A stretch of 64,000 bases of DNA from Azolla caroliniana (GCA_043228905.1 JBHGNT010000004.1:23808001-23872000); one strand, 5' to 3'; numbered from the stretch's first letter, positions 46,278 to 61,454 are shown. Notes: generated by a model not told the origin, from the letters alone. A program made the numbers and translations.

Positions 46278-47550
46278 AAGCCCTCAACTCAAGCCCTTGA
46301 GAAGATCATTCAAGGCAAGCCCTCAAAAGGAGGCCTACATTCAACCCCCTAAGAACACCCCTCGAAAGGAGGTCTACAATCAAGTTCTCGAGAAGAGCCC
46401 TTTTGAGGAGTCATAAAATGGAGGCCTATATTCAATAACCCTAATTGACAATTATATAAGTTTTCCGTAGTTTTCCCTAATCTTATGATGAGTATGTGTG
46501 GGTTAATTATAAAAGCAACGATGGTATAGATTATAATATTCAATTCTATGATGTGGGATAACTATTAAGTGTGTTATCACTTGACCACTTCACATGAAGT
46601 AGTCAAGCGTGAACACACCAAGGCCCATGGTTTTGACCTATGTAAAAGGCTAACTACTTATTATAAGGGGGGACTTGACTTGTGTTGAGATTATGCTAGT
46701 GTGGTTGTGTCTCTTGTTAGTCGGGCATACACGATCCTCACTGAACCTTAGGTACAAGTCACATTAACCCTCGATGTAATGGGACATCGAGGAGGTTTGG
46801 GGCCGCTTCATGTCGTCACTGGGAAGTGGTACGACACCCCTTTTTCCTTACTTTAGTCTATAATTCCTTGGGTATTGCTTAATTAATTAGTTACACTCTA
46901 ACATGAGCCCTCGAAAGGAGGCCTACAATCAAAGTCCTCGAGAAGAGCCCTCAAGGCAAGCCCTCAAAAAGGATGCTTGCAATCAAGCCCTGAAGAAGAA
47001 CCCTTGAGGCAAGCCCTCAAAACAAGGCCTACCATTAAGATATCAAAAGGAGCCCTCTAGGAAAGGCCTGTACACAAACCCTTGGGACAAGCATTCATTT
47101 GAGTATAAACCTTTATATCCTCCAAGTGCAAGAATGACATAGCCGTGATCTAGATAATCAAGGGAGAAGTATAAATGTGAAATTATAAACCTCCTATAAA
47201 ATAGGTTTTCCTCATTTAACCACACTACTTGGAGCTTAAGCTTAAACATTGCTCTTCTTTAATATGATATTCTTAATTAGTTCTCAAAACGAGGCCTACA
47301 ATCAAGATCTCAAGAGGAGCCCTCTAGGAAAGGCCAGTACACAAACCCTTAGGACAAGCATTCATTTGAGTATAAACCTTCATATCCTCCAAGTGCAAGA
47401 ATGACATAAGTATGATCTAGATAATCAAGGGAGAAGTATAAATGTGAAATTATAACCTCTTATAAAATAGGTTTTCCTCATTTAACCACACTATTTGGAG
47501 CTTAAGCTTAAACATTGCTCTCCCTTGATATGATATTCTTAATTAGTTCT
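46278..47550. repeat. Degenerate TE-like region with AAGCCCTC.AAAGGAGGCCTACAATCAA sub-repeats and a ~270-bp duplication
   Basis: Motif clusters at 46315-46435 and 46905-47070; 47048-47263 is repeated at 47316-47550. Confidence 0.7.
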
Positions 47551-50500
47551 TAAGAGCATGATATTGTTTAGAGATAAACTTTAGTAGTTACATTAGTGCA
47601 AGCAACTCAAGGGTGATTGACACTCACCTTCACTCATCTCGCCAACAAATGAGTGGATGTAGTATGTTCGCCCCACACATTGACCTCAAGGTGGTTCTCA
47701 AGAACATTGGGTAAGATGTACCTTTAAATAACGATATAGAAAGAAGTTACACGAATCACGAAATGTTGCATGTGTTAATAAAGTTCAGTAATCAGACTCA
47801 ATAAATGTTGATAATTTATAAGTAGGATGCATTTGAATCATTAGACACGCTCAATTTAAGAAACCATGAAGTCGAGATCTTGTACAATCAAAGACTTTGT
47901 TGGAAAACTAATCCATTGTTGTTTCATGGAGTTATTTACTGTTCACACTTCTTGTTGCAAAGTTAATCAAGTCACTTCTTGTTGAGTCAATTGAAATAGG
48001 TGCTCATTGCATTATTATGCTTCCTTGGTAGTCAGATGTTGTGAGTTTCCAAGAATACTCGAGACTTTAATTATATTATTCTAGAGCTATAAACTTGGTC
48101 GTGGCGGTGGGACAATAAAATCTAATACAAATCCCATAACTTTAAGAAATGATTAGTATGGGTCTTGGAAAAAATGAAAAAGACACGAGGAATCGTGGTG
48201 CTAGAAGGCCATAAGAAAACAAACAAGTTTAGATTGGGAAAAGATAATTAATGAAAAGGTTTTTTATTCTAGATAAGAAATTTAAAGCTACGAGGTTATG
48301 CCAAATGCTAACATTGAACTGGAATGGATTTCAGGTGGAAACATGGCGACAGACTACGCTACTTCTTCAATTACAACATTAAATTGGGCCGAACTATACA
48401 AATGTAGCGGGAAGTTCCCCTAAGCAATGGTTGGAAGACATTGGGCATCTCTGATGAGGTGCTCGATACCTTCTGGCATCTCCATGTGCCTGAGAAGATC
48501 GAGCTATTTTAGTGGCATATAAGCCATAACATGGTTCCAGTTGGCGAATGTATGGGTAAACGAGGAGGCTCGATAGCTTGCTCACTTTGTTTTGCACCTA
48601 CTTTGTTATGGTGTTAGCAGGTGCAATTACTCAGTTGAATTTTAATCGGATCATAAAGACTAGTGTGGCATCAGAGAAACCAATAATCCATGAATTTCCT
48701 TTTATAGTCCGCAAAAATCCTTATTATGCAATTAACTAGATTAAAAATGTGTCCATTTTGGTTTATTCCTTCATTCTTGCTTTCTATAAACATGTATCAC
48801 GTCCTTGACCAAATTCTCTCGATTTGCCTTTGATATATCTCACCATTCCTCTTCATCAATGAAAATATAATTTATATCTATGCTTCTTTTTTCTTGTGTA
48901 TGCCACCACCTTCATTACAACATTAAAGATGATACTTTGCATCTTTGACATCTTCCATCAAAATTTGTATTCACAAGTTGGTAGTTAATCACTATAGCCA
49001 TTCCCCACAAACTGGTCTATAGATCAACATCAAGACATGTCACGACTATAACAAGTTCATACAACTCAAACTTAGATGTCGAGCCTCTTGGTTGGATGGA
49101 GGAATAATAATTATGCTACTTGAATATTTGGTAACATTTATTTAAACCTTCAACATGATCGTGAAGTCAAACCTATGATATAAGCATCCACAATATAGAG
49201 ATCCATATCATTATTTATCCTCTTACCATCCAACATATGATCATCACGATGCATGTGAAGGCCCAACTTTATAGGCCCACTCATACCAAAATTCCAAGGT
49301 GGACCACAATGAAGTTGTCCTTAGTACATATGACTATTGATTTACCCCGACTAATTTCTCATATCATCATAGCATAACAACCTTTTTCCAATTGGATTAT
49401 ATCGCGCGCGTTGTTATGAAACAATGCATTGAAGTAGTATGAGATTGTTTGTAGTGAACCTTAGATAAAGCGGTGAGTCATGGGGTCAGATAATTGCCCA
49501 AGAAGACTTGGTATCAAAATATGCGTAAGTATATAGATTTCTATTGCTTCATATAATGTGGAAGGTGTACAATATAATTGTAGCCAGATGGAAGAGATGA
49601 GCCTGTGCTTTTTTTGATGTTTTAGACAATGCATGATATAATATTTTATGTTTTGTGCGTTTATGTGATATAGGGAACTAATGTTTACCGCTATTCCATA
49701 ATATGCTAAGTGACTCTCTCCGTTGTATGTTTGCCCAATAATTTTGCTTTTTCATTCAACTAGTAGCGTTGTAATAAATCTGACTATGCGCACTAGCGAA
49801 TTCATGGTCAAGCAATCAAATAATCATATATTTGTTGATCTAGCTTGTTTCATCGGCAGATGTAATCATTGGGAATTAAACACACGCTTTTAATTTTTTG
49901 GATTTGGACTGAGCGTACATAATCTCGATGGCTCTTTGGATAACATAAAAGGTAATACACAATGGGTAGAGTTACAACGATTGGAGTTTCATGCCATTTG
50001 GGATAAAGGAGTATTTTATAGATGAATTTTTTATAAGGTAGAGTGGTTCTCCTCTACACTGAAGTATATATTTAAGCCGTCAATCATAACTTAGCATGGG
50101 GGTCATTACCTAAATGTATGTATTTTGTGTATAGCCTTAGGGCGTTCTCTTAATGCTAATGCAATATCTTTCTTGGAAAGAAGAAGAAGAAGAACTAGGC
50201 ACCCATTATCGAGGTTGGAGGTGCATGTGCGTGGGCACTGTTCAGTAGCATGTGTTTTTGTAGTGAGAATGTTTGATCTAGCAGTGGGTTGCGCACACGC
50301 TTGGAAGGAGTCTTGGCTCGACATGGAAAGGAAGCGGACGCAACATCGAGGGGGCGACAAGCTATTGAAGCGTTGGCTGCCCATTGGGAGAAACGACGCA
50401 ATCTACTCTGTGTACCTAAGGTTGTGTTGTGTCCACGGGGTCGACAGATGGCGGGACATGTTTCCTTTTAACGTGCCCAGGGGGGAGCGAAGTATCTATC

Positions 50501-51384
50501 TATCTGCTGTCGACACAAGACATGGGAGGTGGTGTGTGTGTCCAGGGGTCGACGTCGACGAGCGGCCGAACGTGTTTCCTGCCATCCTAGGATGGGCAGA
50601 AAGACAAGGAGGGAGGGTGTGTTGGGTCGACGGATGGTCGAACATGTTTCCGGCCACCCCAGGATGGACAGACGGACAGATGGACGGGGGCGGGTTGCAG
50701 TTCTGCCGGCCATTCCATCCCATTTAATCGATCGCCCCTCCTTGTGTCCTTCCTTCGATTCTCTTCCTTTTGCTTTTCTATTACATTATATTTCATTCAT
50801 TCAATTTTTTTTTGTTGTCTTTTTGGTGTTCCCCTTCTCCGTCTCTTATCTTTTTTTCTTTTATTTCTCCTGTTCTCTGTTTTCTTTGGTTTTTATTTTT
50901 CGCGTTCCCGACGACGAACTGAGTGAGAGAGAGAGACCTGGCGAAACGGGGAGCGGAAGAAATTCGAAAAAGAAAAACTCAGAGAGATCCTTTCTTCCAT
51001 TCATCGATCGATCGATCGAACGTTGGATGGATGGATGGATGGATGGATTGATGGGATCGAATCCCCCGAAGCAGCACCAGTAGCAGCGCGCTCCACTTCT
51101 TCAGATCGATTCCCGCCTCCCTCCTGCTCCTAGATTAGGGTTAGGGTTTCCTCGCTCTCCCACTTCTTCTCAAAAAACTAGGGTTTCGGCATTATCTTGC
51201 CCTACCCCCCTTCCTCCTCGTCCTCCTCATCCTACCCGTTTCCCTCTCATCCGTTTGTGTGTCAGAAATACGGGGGTTTTTGTGGATGATCGATTCTAGG
51301 GTTTGCAGAAAGACAGGGAAACAGAAATGACTGGCGACAGCTAAGCTTTTATTCTTCTTCTTATTTTGGAAAAACAAACGCGCC

Positions 51385-54300
51385 ATGCTGGGTGGTGTAG
51401 TGCAGGAAGATTCCTCATCTTCTGCAAATGTTTTACCTTCTCCGCATCCACCCACAACTCCACCGTTGGTTGATCCACATCCACCAATAACAGCTTCAGG
51501 AGCAACGATAACGAAGACAGCAGCAACTATAGAAACAGAAACAACAATAGTAACAGAAATAGAAGCAGTTCCGACAGGTACCACGCAAGCAGTGGAAATA
51601 TCGGGATCTTCTTCGGCATCACAAACTAGTCTTGATGCGAAAGGTATTCAATCTGAAATAGACATATCAGCATACGTACATACATACACACATACAGACA
51701 TACACACATGTACCTACTAATGCACGTGGTGCACACTTACCTACCTACATACTTACCTACGTACATAAATGCATCATACACATAAAAACATGTTTGTGTA
51801 TATTTACACTGATATATCTATATAGTTATACATAAACATCTTTAATGTGGCTAAATTGTCCACAGTAAGGACTTTTATGATGCTTGTTTTTCGGTTGTCA
51901 TCATGGGAATGAAAGAGGGCCTCTTTCATGTAAGCATTATGATATATAAGACATATAGTGAGCCTATTTATACTGATATATCTATATAGTTATACATAAA
52001 CATCTTTAATGTGGCTAAATTGCCCACAGTAAGGACTTTTATGATGCTTGTTTTTCGGTTGTCATCATGGGAATGAAAGAGGGCCTCTCTCATATAAGCA
52101 TTATGATATATAAGACATATGGTGGGCTCATTATTTTTGTTTGTCACCATGTGAATGAATGGAAGAGGCTGTATTTCAGGTATATGCCCAGTTATTTTAA
52201 ACATAGGATAGGATAAATTATACAGGATAGAGGTTTTGCTGATATTCAATTTTCTTGTTGTTACCATGTGATTGAAAAGCGTCTCTTTTGGGATGCAACC
52301 TCATAATTAATACATTGTGAATATAACTTTTGGAGTTCTTCTGTCAACAAATCTGACTTTTATGTAACTCAAAATTTTAAGTTAGGAATCCTATTGATTT
52401 TTTATTTTATTTGGAATCTTCCTGGTATGCATCTGAAAATCTGATATTATAAACATATGCTGGTCAGAATTATCCAGTTAGGAATTCTGAGATTTTTTTC
52501 CTAGAGAATTTCCTGGTATGCAGTTGTTTGTATATAAACATATGGTGCGTTAAAAGGGGCTAGGATAGGGATTCTGATGTTATTGTTTTGTGGTTGTGAC
52601 CATGTGAATGCAAAGTAGCTCTTCTTGGTATGCAGTCTGATATTATAAACATATTCTCAGATAAATTATCCTGGATTGGGAATCTGATGATATTATTTTT
52701 CTGGTCGTTAATTTAAAAAGAAGAAATAAAAAAACTATAGTGATGAATCTTCTTTCCATTAGGCACGAAATCTCTATAAAGGAAACTTTTTGCATATGGA
52801 GTTACGTTTATCCATCTATCTCTTTCGTATAAAGATGTAGTAGGTGTTTTTCAAGAACCTGTAGATGCTCTTGTACATATTATTAGTAGGTTCTTCTGTA
52901 TATAGATAAATGATTCCAAAGAAATGGGGTAGCAATGGTTTTTATTCAGAGCCCTTTGTATATAGATAATAGAATGAGAAAGAAAAGGAAAAGAAATAGG
53001 AAAATTACCTTTAAGATCCTGTTGACAAGACGGAACTTGATTTTGTGGTTCCTTGAGAATATTTTATTACATGCATCCTTTCTCAACCTGGGAAAAGGAC
53101 TGTTTCTTTCAGATGCCTTCTAAGGTTTTTGTGCCATTCTAAGGCATTTCAAGATGCACATTTTCCTCTTAACAGGGAAAAGGACACCTCGCCAGTGGGA
53201 TGCCTGGACACATGAAGAAGAAGAAACTTTTTTCATTGCTTTGCGACATGTCGGGAAGGTAGATCTATATTTCCATTCACTTGTTTTCCTTTCTTTCTAT
53301 CATAGATCTCTGTCATAGATCATGTCATGTTCTTGTTCAAACTAAGACCTGTTTTTTCTCAGAACTTTGAGAAGATCACAAATCGTGTTCAGAGCAAAAA
53401 CAAGGATCAGGTGTGTTTACTTGGAGTGCCACTGTGACATTTTCTGTCAATTTAAGCAATTACATAACTTTGATGTTCTGTGATGCTTTATTGTTTTTCT
53501 TGACACATAGAAGTAGATTATATGGTTTTGTACTAAGCATCATTAAGTTAAAGACCATCAATTACAGCTTATCAAAGAAAATGAATGCTGTTTGACCTCA
53601 ATGTTTTTGTATCAGGTTCGACATTATTATTATCGTCTTATTAGGAGAATAAATAAGCTCTTAGGTCCTGATTTCTCATTGGATGCAAAAAATACAAAGG
53701 ATGCAAACACAGCAATGCTTCGTTGGTGAGCGTACTATTCTCTATGAAACATGTTGTAGACATACTTACAACATGTCTTCATTGCTTTCTATTTGCAAAT
53801 TATGCTTATTTGTTTGGATTTTCTAATGCTGCGTTAAGTAATTTCAAATATCCACTTATGTATATTCAATCTCTTATCTATCAATTAGTTTACAGTGTAG
53901 ATGAGAGAGTAAATCCATTTTCCACTTTAGTTTCTCCTAGTATTTTCTGCTCATAGATTCTTGCTTATGAGTTTGGTTTCTTTATGTTTTTCAATGGAAC
54001 CTGTTCTTTACTTCATGATAAGTAACTATGAAAGCAAAATGTTTTTTTTCTTCAAAACTTCTTTAAATTGATCAAAAGCTGAAACAAGGTTATAGGGTGA
54101 TTGCTCATATCATGCTCTAGTGCTATTGTTCTTTGTCATCAGCTTAGAGGGTGATTGCAATGTCCTCATTACAGGCAAACATTCTACATGATAAGTTTTG
54201 TTAACTCACATGGAATGTCGTACCAATACAGGGCACAAATTTGCTGACTGAGTGAATGAGAAGATTCTGACATAATCTCTCACTGACATGGTAACATGAA

Positions 54301-57300
54301 AGTTGTAGATTACCATCACATGGTGGCTACTTTACTACTTCATATGGCTATCCTACAATGGAACGTGCTGAGGAACAAAAAGAAAGAAAAACATTTACAA
54401 AGATGATGCCTATATGATATATATGGATAAAGGTGAACATGCAACACACAAGACTGCTAAAATGCAGGTTGCCACATTCCGAATGAATCATCCAACCTAT
54501 GTTGACAACAAAAGCTAGATCAATGTCCATATTCGCCAAGAGAAGAGGGCCAACTTTCTTGGCTCTCATCAACTTCAGAAATGAGCACTTCCCGTTGTAC
54601 CAATGTCAAAAACGGCATGCTTTAGTTTTTTCCAATAAATATGATCTCTCTGTACACAAACCATTCTTGTGCATTTACTTTTTCTCTGAAAAGTTACTTT
54701 ATGCTCCTAGAATAGGTAGATAGGGGTCTAGATTGGTCTGATTTTCTTGATTCTATAGTTTGAGGAATATCCATGCTTCTTATTGGGGAGTGGCGAAAGT
54801 TATTCTGGTCACTTGCATGATATATAATTTTCTGGGTGGATTTCCTTTTAGAACCACCAATTTTAGGTTAAATCACTAGGTATGTTAGATCACCATGAGG
54901 ATGATGCTTTAAGAGTAACTTAGGGATCCAATGATATGTTTCGATGTTTGATGGGGATTCTGGCCAAGCATTCTGCACTCCGATTGTAGAGAGTGAGTTT
55001 CTTTGTCAATGCTTTCTCAGGGAACACACACATTCGTATCCAAGGCCAATAGGCTTCATTTGCCTACCTTGGCTTTAATAGTCATAATGTCTTGAGGCTG
55101 AGATACACGTGCCACTTTCATCTCTTCCACTCTCTCTTATATAGCACATGGTATTTAATACAGTTTACTCTTGGATTCAATATTGGCTTATTAACTCATC
55201 TCAAATTCATAATTTGGATTTGCCATTTATTTCACTGCAATAGATATGTTATACAAGTGACATGTCATAGGCATCCTTTCCATTAGCTCTTATGTTCAAA
55301 CTGCTGATTTGATTTGTTCTACATTCTTAGGTGGTCTCTCTTAGAGAAAGAGAGTTGTTCAGCTTCAAAATTGTATTTGAAGCCGAGACGATTCAAAACA
55401 TTTGTTACTGCTTTGGTATGTAAAAACTCTACAAAGTGAAAGCCCTTAATTTGGTATCTTATGGAAATTGCTATAAGGAAATGTTACTCATCTTTTGTAG
55501 GAGCAACAAATCATGAAGGACCGAACGAAAGCAAGCAAAAAGCACCAACAAATTGTTTCTGCCATTGGTGGACCTGTAGTTGCTTCAGCTGTAAGGAAAT
55601 CTTGTGCATGTGGATCTGAGTCAACTAAAACAGTTGCAATTGAGGTTTCACGTGGCTCAAAATCAGCACCAGAGCATGTAAGTACTGTCAAACAAACAAT
55701 CAAGGCTTCGAACCAGAAAAAAAAGGAGCGATCACAACCTCCAAGAAAACGGAAAAAGGGAGCAGGTATTGTCCATTTTAACGTGTTCTATCAAATTAAG
55801 CATGTGATGATTGGATATATGCAAATTAGATGCCTGAGTGTACTATGCCTTGATTGTCTTATGATGTGGGAAAGCTATTTTATGTAGATGGCAATGTTTC
55901 AGCAGCTGCAATGAAAAAATGGGAAAAAGCTGCAAGTGCAGGAGTGTCTCTTGTTGCTGAAGCTGCAGAACAACTGGAACGTGCAGCAGCAGAAAAACTA
56001 GGGCAAACAGGACCTGTATTGCAAGTGTCAAGACTTTGTACCACTAATGATATGGAGCAAGAAGCACCAGAAGATCTTAACAAATTAGGTCCAAAAGAGA
56101 CCATCGAAGGTGATATCGTCAAAAGCATGCTTCTATCTGTAATCAGAAACTTTAGTGCATTGTTTTCAAACTGACATAATCTGTTTTGTTTTGGAGTTAA
56201 GCCACAGAGCGTGTAGTAGAAGGTATTACAGAAGAAGAAACACAAGCATCCAAGCTGAAGCTACAGTTATATCCAATTGACGAGGGTACTCGTAAATGCA
56301 TGGAACAGGTATTTTTCAGAACAAGTGCTATAACCCTGAGAAATTCTTAGTATTGATTATTATATTTCTGCATGCTACTAGTTACATGACATCTTTTCAT
56401 GAGTGTAATTGAGTGATTATGTTATCAGTAGCTTTGCTTGATATTCTACAGGATGGCCTTAATCCTTATTTGGAATTGACTCTGAAACCGCGAAAAGCAA
56501 TGTCTTCTGTAATTCGTCATTTAAGTCAGAAGTGGGGTAGAGCATCTGCTGCAGCAGGTCAGCTTCATCTCTTTCCTTACTCACAAGAATCTAAAAGCAT
56601 TAGTAGTGGTCAGGGATGGAGTATTGAGCAGACAACTAGCAATGCGGGGGATGTATTTGCAGCATTGGGCAGCCCCTCTGTTTTTCGTTTGAGGCAAGTG
56701 ATGTCAGGTGGCTTGAAATATGATTAGAAATTTGGGTTTGAGTCATTATAGCTCAGCATATTTCTTTAATTGACAATACATTCAGGTATGCTTGGATTCC
56801 CTGTCGTGCCTCTCAGTCTTCACTTGCGGAGTGCTCACAGGTACCTGTTAGTTCATCAATCAGAGAAGGAATGCAGGTGGAAGAAAATTTAAGGAATGAA
56901 GCATTCAACGACCCATCAAAAGTCATACTCAGAAAACCTAAATCCTCATCCCTTTCTGCTTTAGAAAGTGTATCTACAATCTTATCAAGAGAACAATTAT
57001 ATGTTTCTTCTGAAATGCTGAGACCAAAGGATTCAGGTAAGTTGGAGAACAATATATTACCGGAGGGAAAGGTTGACTCTGTAACAGAGTCAAATGCTGA
57101 AGGTGTCAAAGCAGTGGCTATTCGTAGACAGCTTGAACATCTGAAGGACACCTCAATGCATACCGATGTTCTTATCCAGGTGGATGCCAGGAATGCTATA
57201 AATAACTTTGGTCAGGGTTCACCTGTCGGTTTGTTGTGCCATGATTCTAGCCAAGAGCATGACAAAGTGTTACACAAAGTTCAAGAAAATGGAAGAAATG

Positions 57301-59178
57301 ATCGAAGTTCTTGGCTTTATGATGGGAGTAATGATAGCTTTGTTCAAAGGATTTGGGCTGTTGAGGTATGGATGTTTTCTTAATGAGGCCTCGATAGATT
57401 TTAAAATTAGCATGCATGATTTTAAAACTATTTCTAAGTTTTGCTGTATCTTCTGTTCTGCTTAGTCGTGTCATGTGTGTGACCATCTGTGGATACAGAA
57501 CTGATCATTATATCTAGTTCATGTTTCATAGAGTAATGTTCAGTCAGTATGTCAAACATGTCTTTGCATAAAAATGTGTGCTTTCTTTTATTGTTCCACA
57601 GGATGCAGCCAATGAAACTCCTATACTTCCTACTGAAATAGACTGGGTAGACAGTTTGACAAATATAAGTGTGAGCGAATTCCTCAACGAAGTGTCGCAG
57701 GCAGGCCATTTAAACTTGGGGGCTGGATCTACTCAAGCATTGCAGCCTTTACAGTCTCTTGATTCTTTTGATGCAGCAGTTGCTGCTCAAAGTCATAACG
57801 TGGAACACCATCCTGAAACATCAGCGTGGGATGGGGAAGAGACACGTGATGCCTTCACTTTCAGGAAATTTGTATCACAAAAATTATCCACTGTACCAAT
57901 GCAGTGTGGGTCTGAACCTCAAAACTTCAGTGAACCTTTGAGGGAGTCGGATGCCATGATCCTTCCTTTTGCAGACTGCGGAAGTCTTGAAGCTTGGAGA
58001 CAGGTATAGAAATTTCTTTGTTGCTGTTCCATGACCCCCATAAAAAACATTGAATATCTGTGCTCTTGTATTGTTTTTTTGGCAGAGCTTCAGCCATACA
58101 GAATTAGGTATTCTAGAGGATCCGAAGAGCGATTCAAATTCTAGATTCTTACGGCAACAATTAGGGAAAGGAAGCTGTTCTCAGGACTTCATTTTGGTAA
58201 GTTGATTGAAGCAAGAATAAAAGGATAAACTATTGGCTGGACAATGGTTCTGATACTATTTAGCAAGGAATAGTTATAATCTAACACCGTATAAGATTTA
58301 TTTTATGTTCACATTATAATTTCAGATTCATGATGCTTATTAATTTGAGTATGTATATGAACAGTGTAAAAAGTCCATACTTCACATTGTAGGTATAGAA
58401 GGATCACATTTGTCTACGTGAGATCACAATCTCTTTTTATGTTGAGGGTAGTCATCATTCCCTAAAGTTTACTGACAACGGTGGAAAAATTCTCTTCCAA
58501 AAAAACTTACGTTATCTTTGATCAGGAAAGTTTATGCAGAGTTTCTGAAAACATTTCAAGTGCATCCTTCAATATACTTGACATGAATGAATTTTCCATA
58601 AATTTGTACTTGCTTCAATAGATAAAAGCCTAAATAGGCTATCACTATATTAGAGCTAAAAAGAATTTGCTGCCACTTTTTCATTTTGGAATATCCCTTC
58701 CCCAAAGCTACCACTTTTTAATTTTGGAGGTTAGAGTACCTTCAGGAAAACGGAAATGCAAGCATTATTAAGTGTTGTTCATAGAATTAAATGTCCATCA
58801 GTATTTACTCTGTGACCCCAAGAAATTGAAGCATTTCATTGTACTGGCATCAATGAACTTATTATCTGGAGATAAATTTAGATTTCATTATATTTAAGGC
58901 TAAATAGAACATAAGAAAGTGTAATATCTAAGCTTGCTGTATTCAAGAATTTAATGGATGCCTTTTATTGATCATGACAGTTTGATTCCCTTGGCGTAAT
59001 GAGCCCTGGACTACATACTCTGGGCAGCTCAAAAGACGAGCAACATCTGTCCCGATATAAATCGGTTGGTGCAACTACTTGTGATACAAGTTTGGATGCA
59101 TTGCAAGCTTATGGTGCGCATGGTAGTGTTGATAATAATTGTTCTCCTGCTGCTAGCTGTGGTTTGCAGTCAAGTTGA
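51385..59178 (+). CDS. TKI1: TSL-kinase interacting protein 1-like SANT/Myb protein, 13 exons, ~901 aa
   Basis: Exons 51385-51643, 53176-53258, 53363-53410, 53616-53725, 55331-55415, 55501-55765, 55888-56109, 56208-56308, 56452-56693, 56786-57365, 57602-58003, 58086-58196 and 58981-59178, phases consistent. Motifs RQWDAWTHEEEETFFIAL..GKNFEKIT.RVQSKNKDQVRHYYYRL, KLKLQLYPID, NPYLELTL and DWVDSLTNIS. Confidence 0.9.
51801..52136. repeat. Two-copy ~164-bp tandem duplication in TKI1 intron 1
   Basis: TATTTA.ACTGATATATCTATATAG starts at 51801 and 51965. Confidence 0.9.
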
Positions 59179-61014
59179 CAATTGACACGTGAATCCACCA
59201 AAATCTCATATATATTATATATCTATATATACACATAAGAAAATCTCTACCAAAATCTCATATAATCAATGAAATGTGAATCTGTTAGGAGAACACAATG
59301 TATCTGTCAATGTTTTTCTATATCAAGAAGTCTTGATCTGGAGTCTCTTTCCCATGTGTACAAGGGGCAGAAGATTGTTGTAAAATGATTGTCTTCCTCT
59401 CGGTATTAAACTTCGTAGTGCAAAGCATGCTTATATCATAGAATGACTTGTGATTTGCTAATTGTAATTTCTTTCTCATGCATGTATATCCGAACCAAGC
59501 CAATAAGAAGTCCAATGGACTTGAATCATAATCAGCACAAGAATCTGAACTTTCATGCCTAGGGATCCAATTAAAAATGGATGGCATCATCATCTTGAGA
59601 TCTCAGTACTAGAAAAGTGGTTGTCGTATGACAACGATAATCTTATGTATTGCAACCTCAATGTGTTATTGTATAAATTAGCTTAAAAATTTATTTCTGC
59701 ATTGACTTTGATTTAGGAAATGGTATACACATTGACCGATTACCATCAATGGAGTCTATTATATAGTAAAGTGCTTGACATCTAAGAGAGCTTAACTTTT
59801 CCAACAGTTTATGTTGGTATTGGGGATAACTATTTATTAGTTTCTTTGACCTATCTTGACAGATGTCACTTTGAGTTATGTTTTTCACACCCTTCATGCA
59901 CAACAAATCACTCTCTCATTGTAACTAGAATCTACTAGGAATATATTATGTACCCCTGTCAATGTAATGGATGTATAAAAAGGTTTCTGTAAGTGATGCT
60001 AGATAAAAGAGAGAATGATGTGAAAGGTACTATGTTCAATTTTGATGCAAATATGTTTATTCAGAACAACATTTTCCACACCTAGTAACCAAGGTATATT
60101 TCAGTACATAGATAAGACTACTTGCCTTAGTAGTTCAGTACAGATAAGAGTCATATGTAACCACATGATAAATATCATGGCTGGATGTACTGGAATTTGA
60201 CAAAGGATTGTGAAGAGTATGTGTTCAATGCATAGGCTTCATATGGTTGATAAGATTTGAAATCAGAAAAGGGCTTGTGAAAGGATATGAAAATATAGGG
60301 GTTTCAACATTTTTGGGATTGGATAAATAAGGTTTTGTGTGTGGATAAACTCCATTTTGTTTTATGACTACATAATATGGTATGCAAAAATGCATTCATT
60401 ATATCTTAAGGAAGAGAGCTCTTCTAACCATTCAAAGGAACCAAAAACAGGGGGCTAACAAAAGTTTCACAATTTTGCGTCAATTATTTAAAAAAGGACT
60501 GACAATGACAAATTGCTCTATCCATTGGTTTTCATCTAGGCATGTCATGTAGATGGTTTTCCTATGATCATAAAGAACTCACATACTATAACGTACCAAC
60601 CTACATGTAGACAATATTAAATAAATAGCATGATTCGCTAAAAACATACATGTCCACATTCAAAGGATTTTGATACAATCAAACATGAAACGGGACATGA
60701 GAAAAATATAAATATGTTCTTTTACCATCTGAAAAACATTAATTTGTAAGCAATAATGATGACCATAGATAATTTCACTCGAAAATTAGAGTGTCTGCAA
60801 CAAACAGAGGTGGAAATTTCTATTCCTTACAACAAGGATTATAATACTGTCAGTAACTGGTAAGTATGAAGCCTACTGAATTAGTCAAAAGGTTATTTCT
60901 GACCAATTGATATAAAGAGAGAAATCATTGAAAGTTTCTTGCAGCAGGTGAGCTCCATTTCCTTCAAATGAGGGATGCATAAGAGGTCATACTTTGTTTT
61001 AGTATTTCCTATAT

Positions 61015-61454
61015 GGAAAGCGCTATTTGCCCCCCCATTTTAGCTATCCCCCCCCCCCCATTTGTTTTACAATTTCTGATAGTTGTCACCTCGTTCAGCA
61101 ACATGTCTCAACAAGCATCTTCAGCTTCAATTATCGATAAAACCTTCACCAAGAGAGGGGCTCTGATCGGTTTTATCAAGGACCATTTCCGTGCTCAGAA
61201 TATCATCGTTGTATTGGATAAGCATAGCGACAACTGAAAAGTCACTTTCAAGTGCTACTATGGGGGGAAATATTGCAACCCTCTAGGCTTGACTGACGAT
61301 ACAAACGCACTTGCAATATGCGAGAATCTGCGCTATGCTGAGTTTATTAATTAATTAATAAACAATTTCATTTGGTTATATTCGGTTCTATAAATTTAGG
61401 GGAGGGGGGGGAGGGGGGGGGATAGCCAAAATGGGGGGGCAAATAGCACTTTCC
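61015..61454 (+). mobile_element. Non-autonomous MULE deletion derivative with ~42-bp TIRs and a FAR1-like transposase N-terminal fragment
   Basis: TIRs GGAAAG(C/T)GCTATTTGCCCCCCCATTTT(A/G)GCTATCCCCCCCC. The internal frame reads TFTKRGALIGFIKDHF...*KVTFKCYYGGKY. Confidence 0.75.

Noticed and set aside
49440-49930. Possible decayed MULE OTU-like coding remnant
   Set aside because: Resemblance by eye is faint and there are many stops; a tBLASTn or HMM search would be needed.
50125-51083. 200-aa and 184-aa ORFs upstream of TKI1
   Set aside because: They have no motifs and lie in GC-rich, low-complexity promoter/5' UTR sequence with short repeats.
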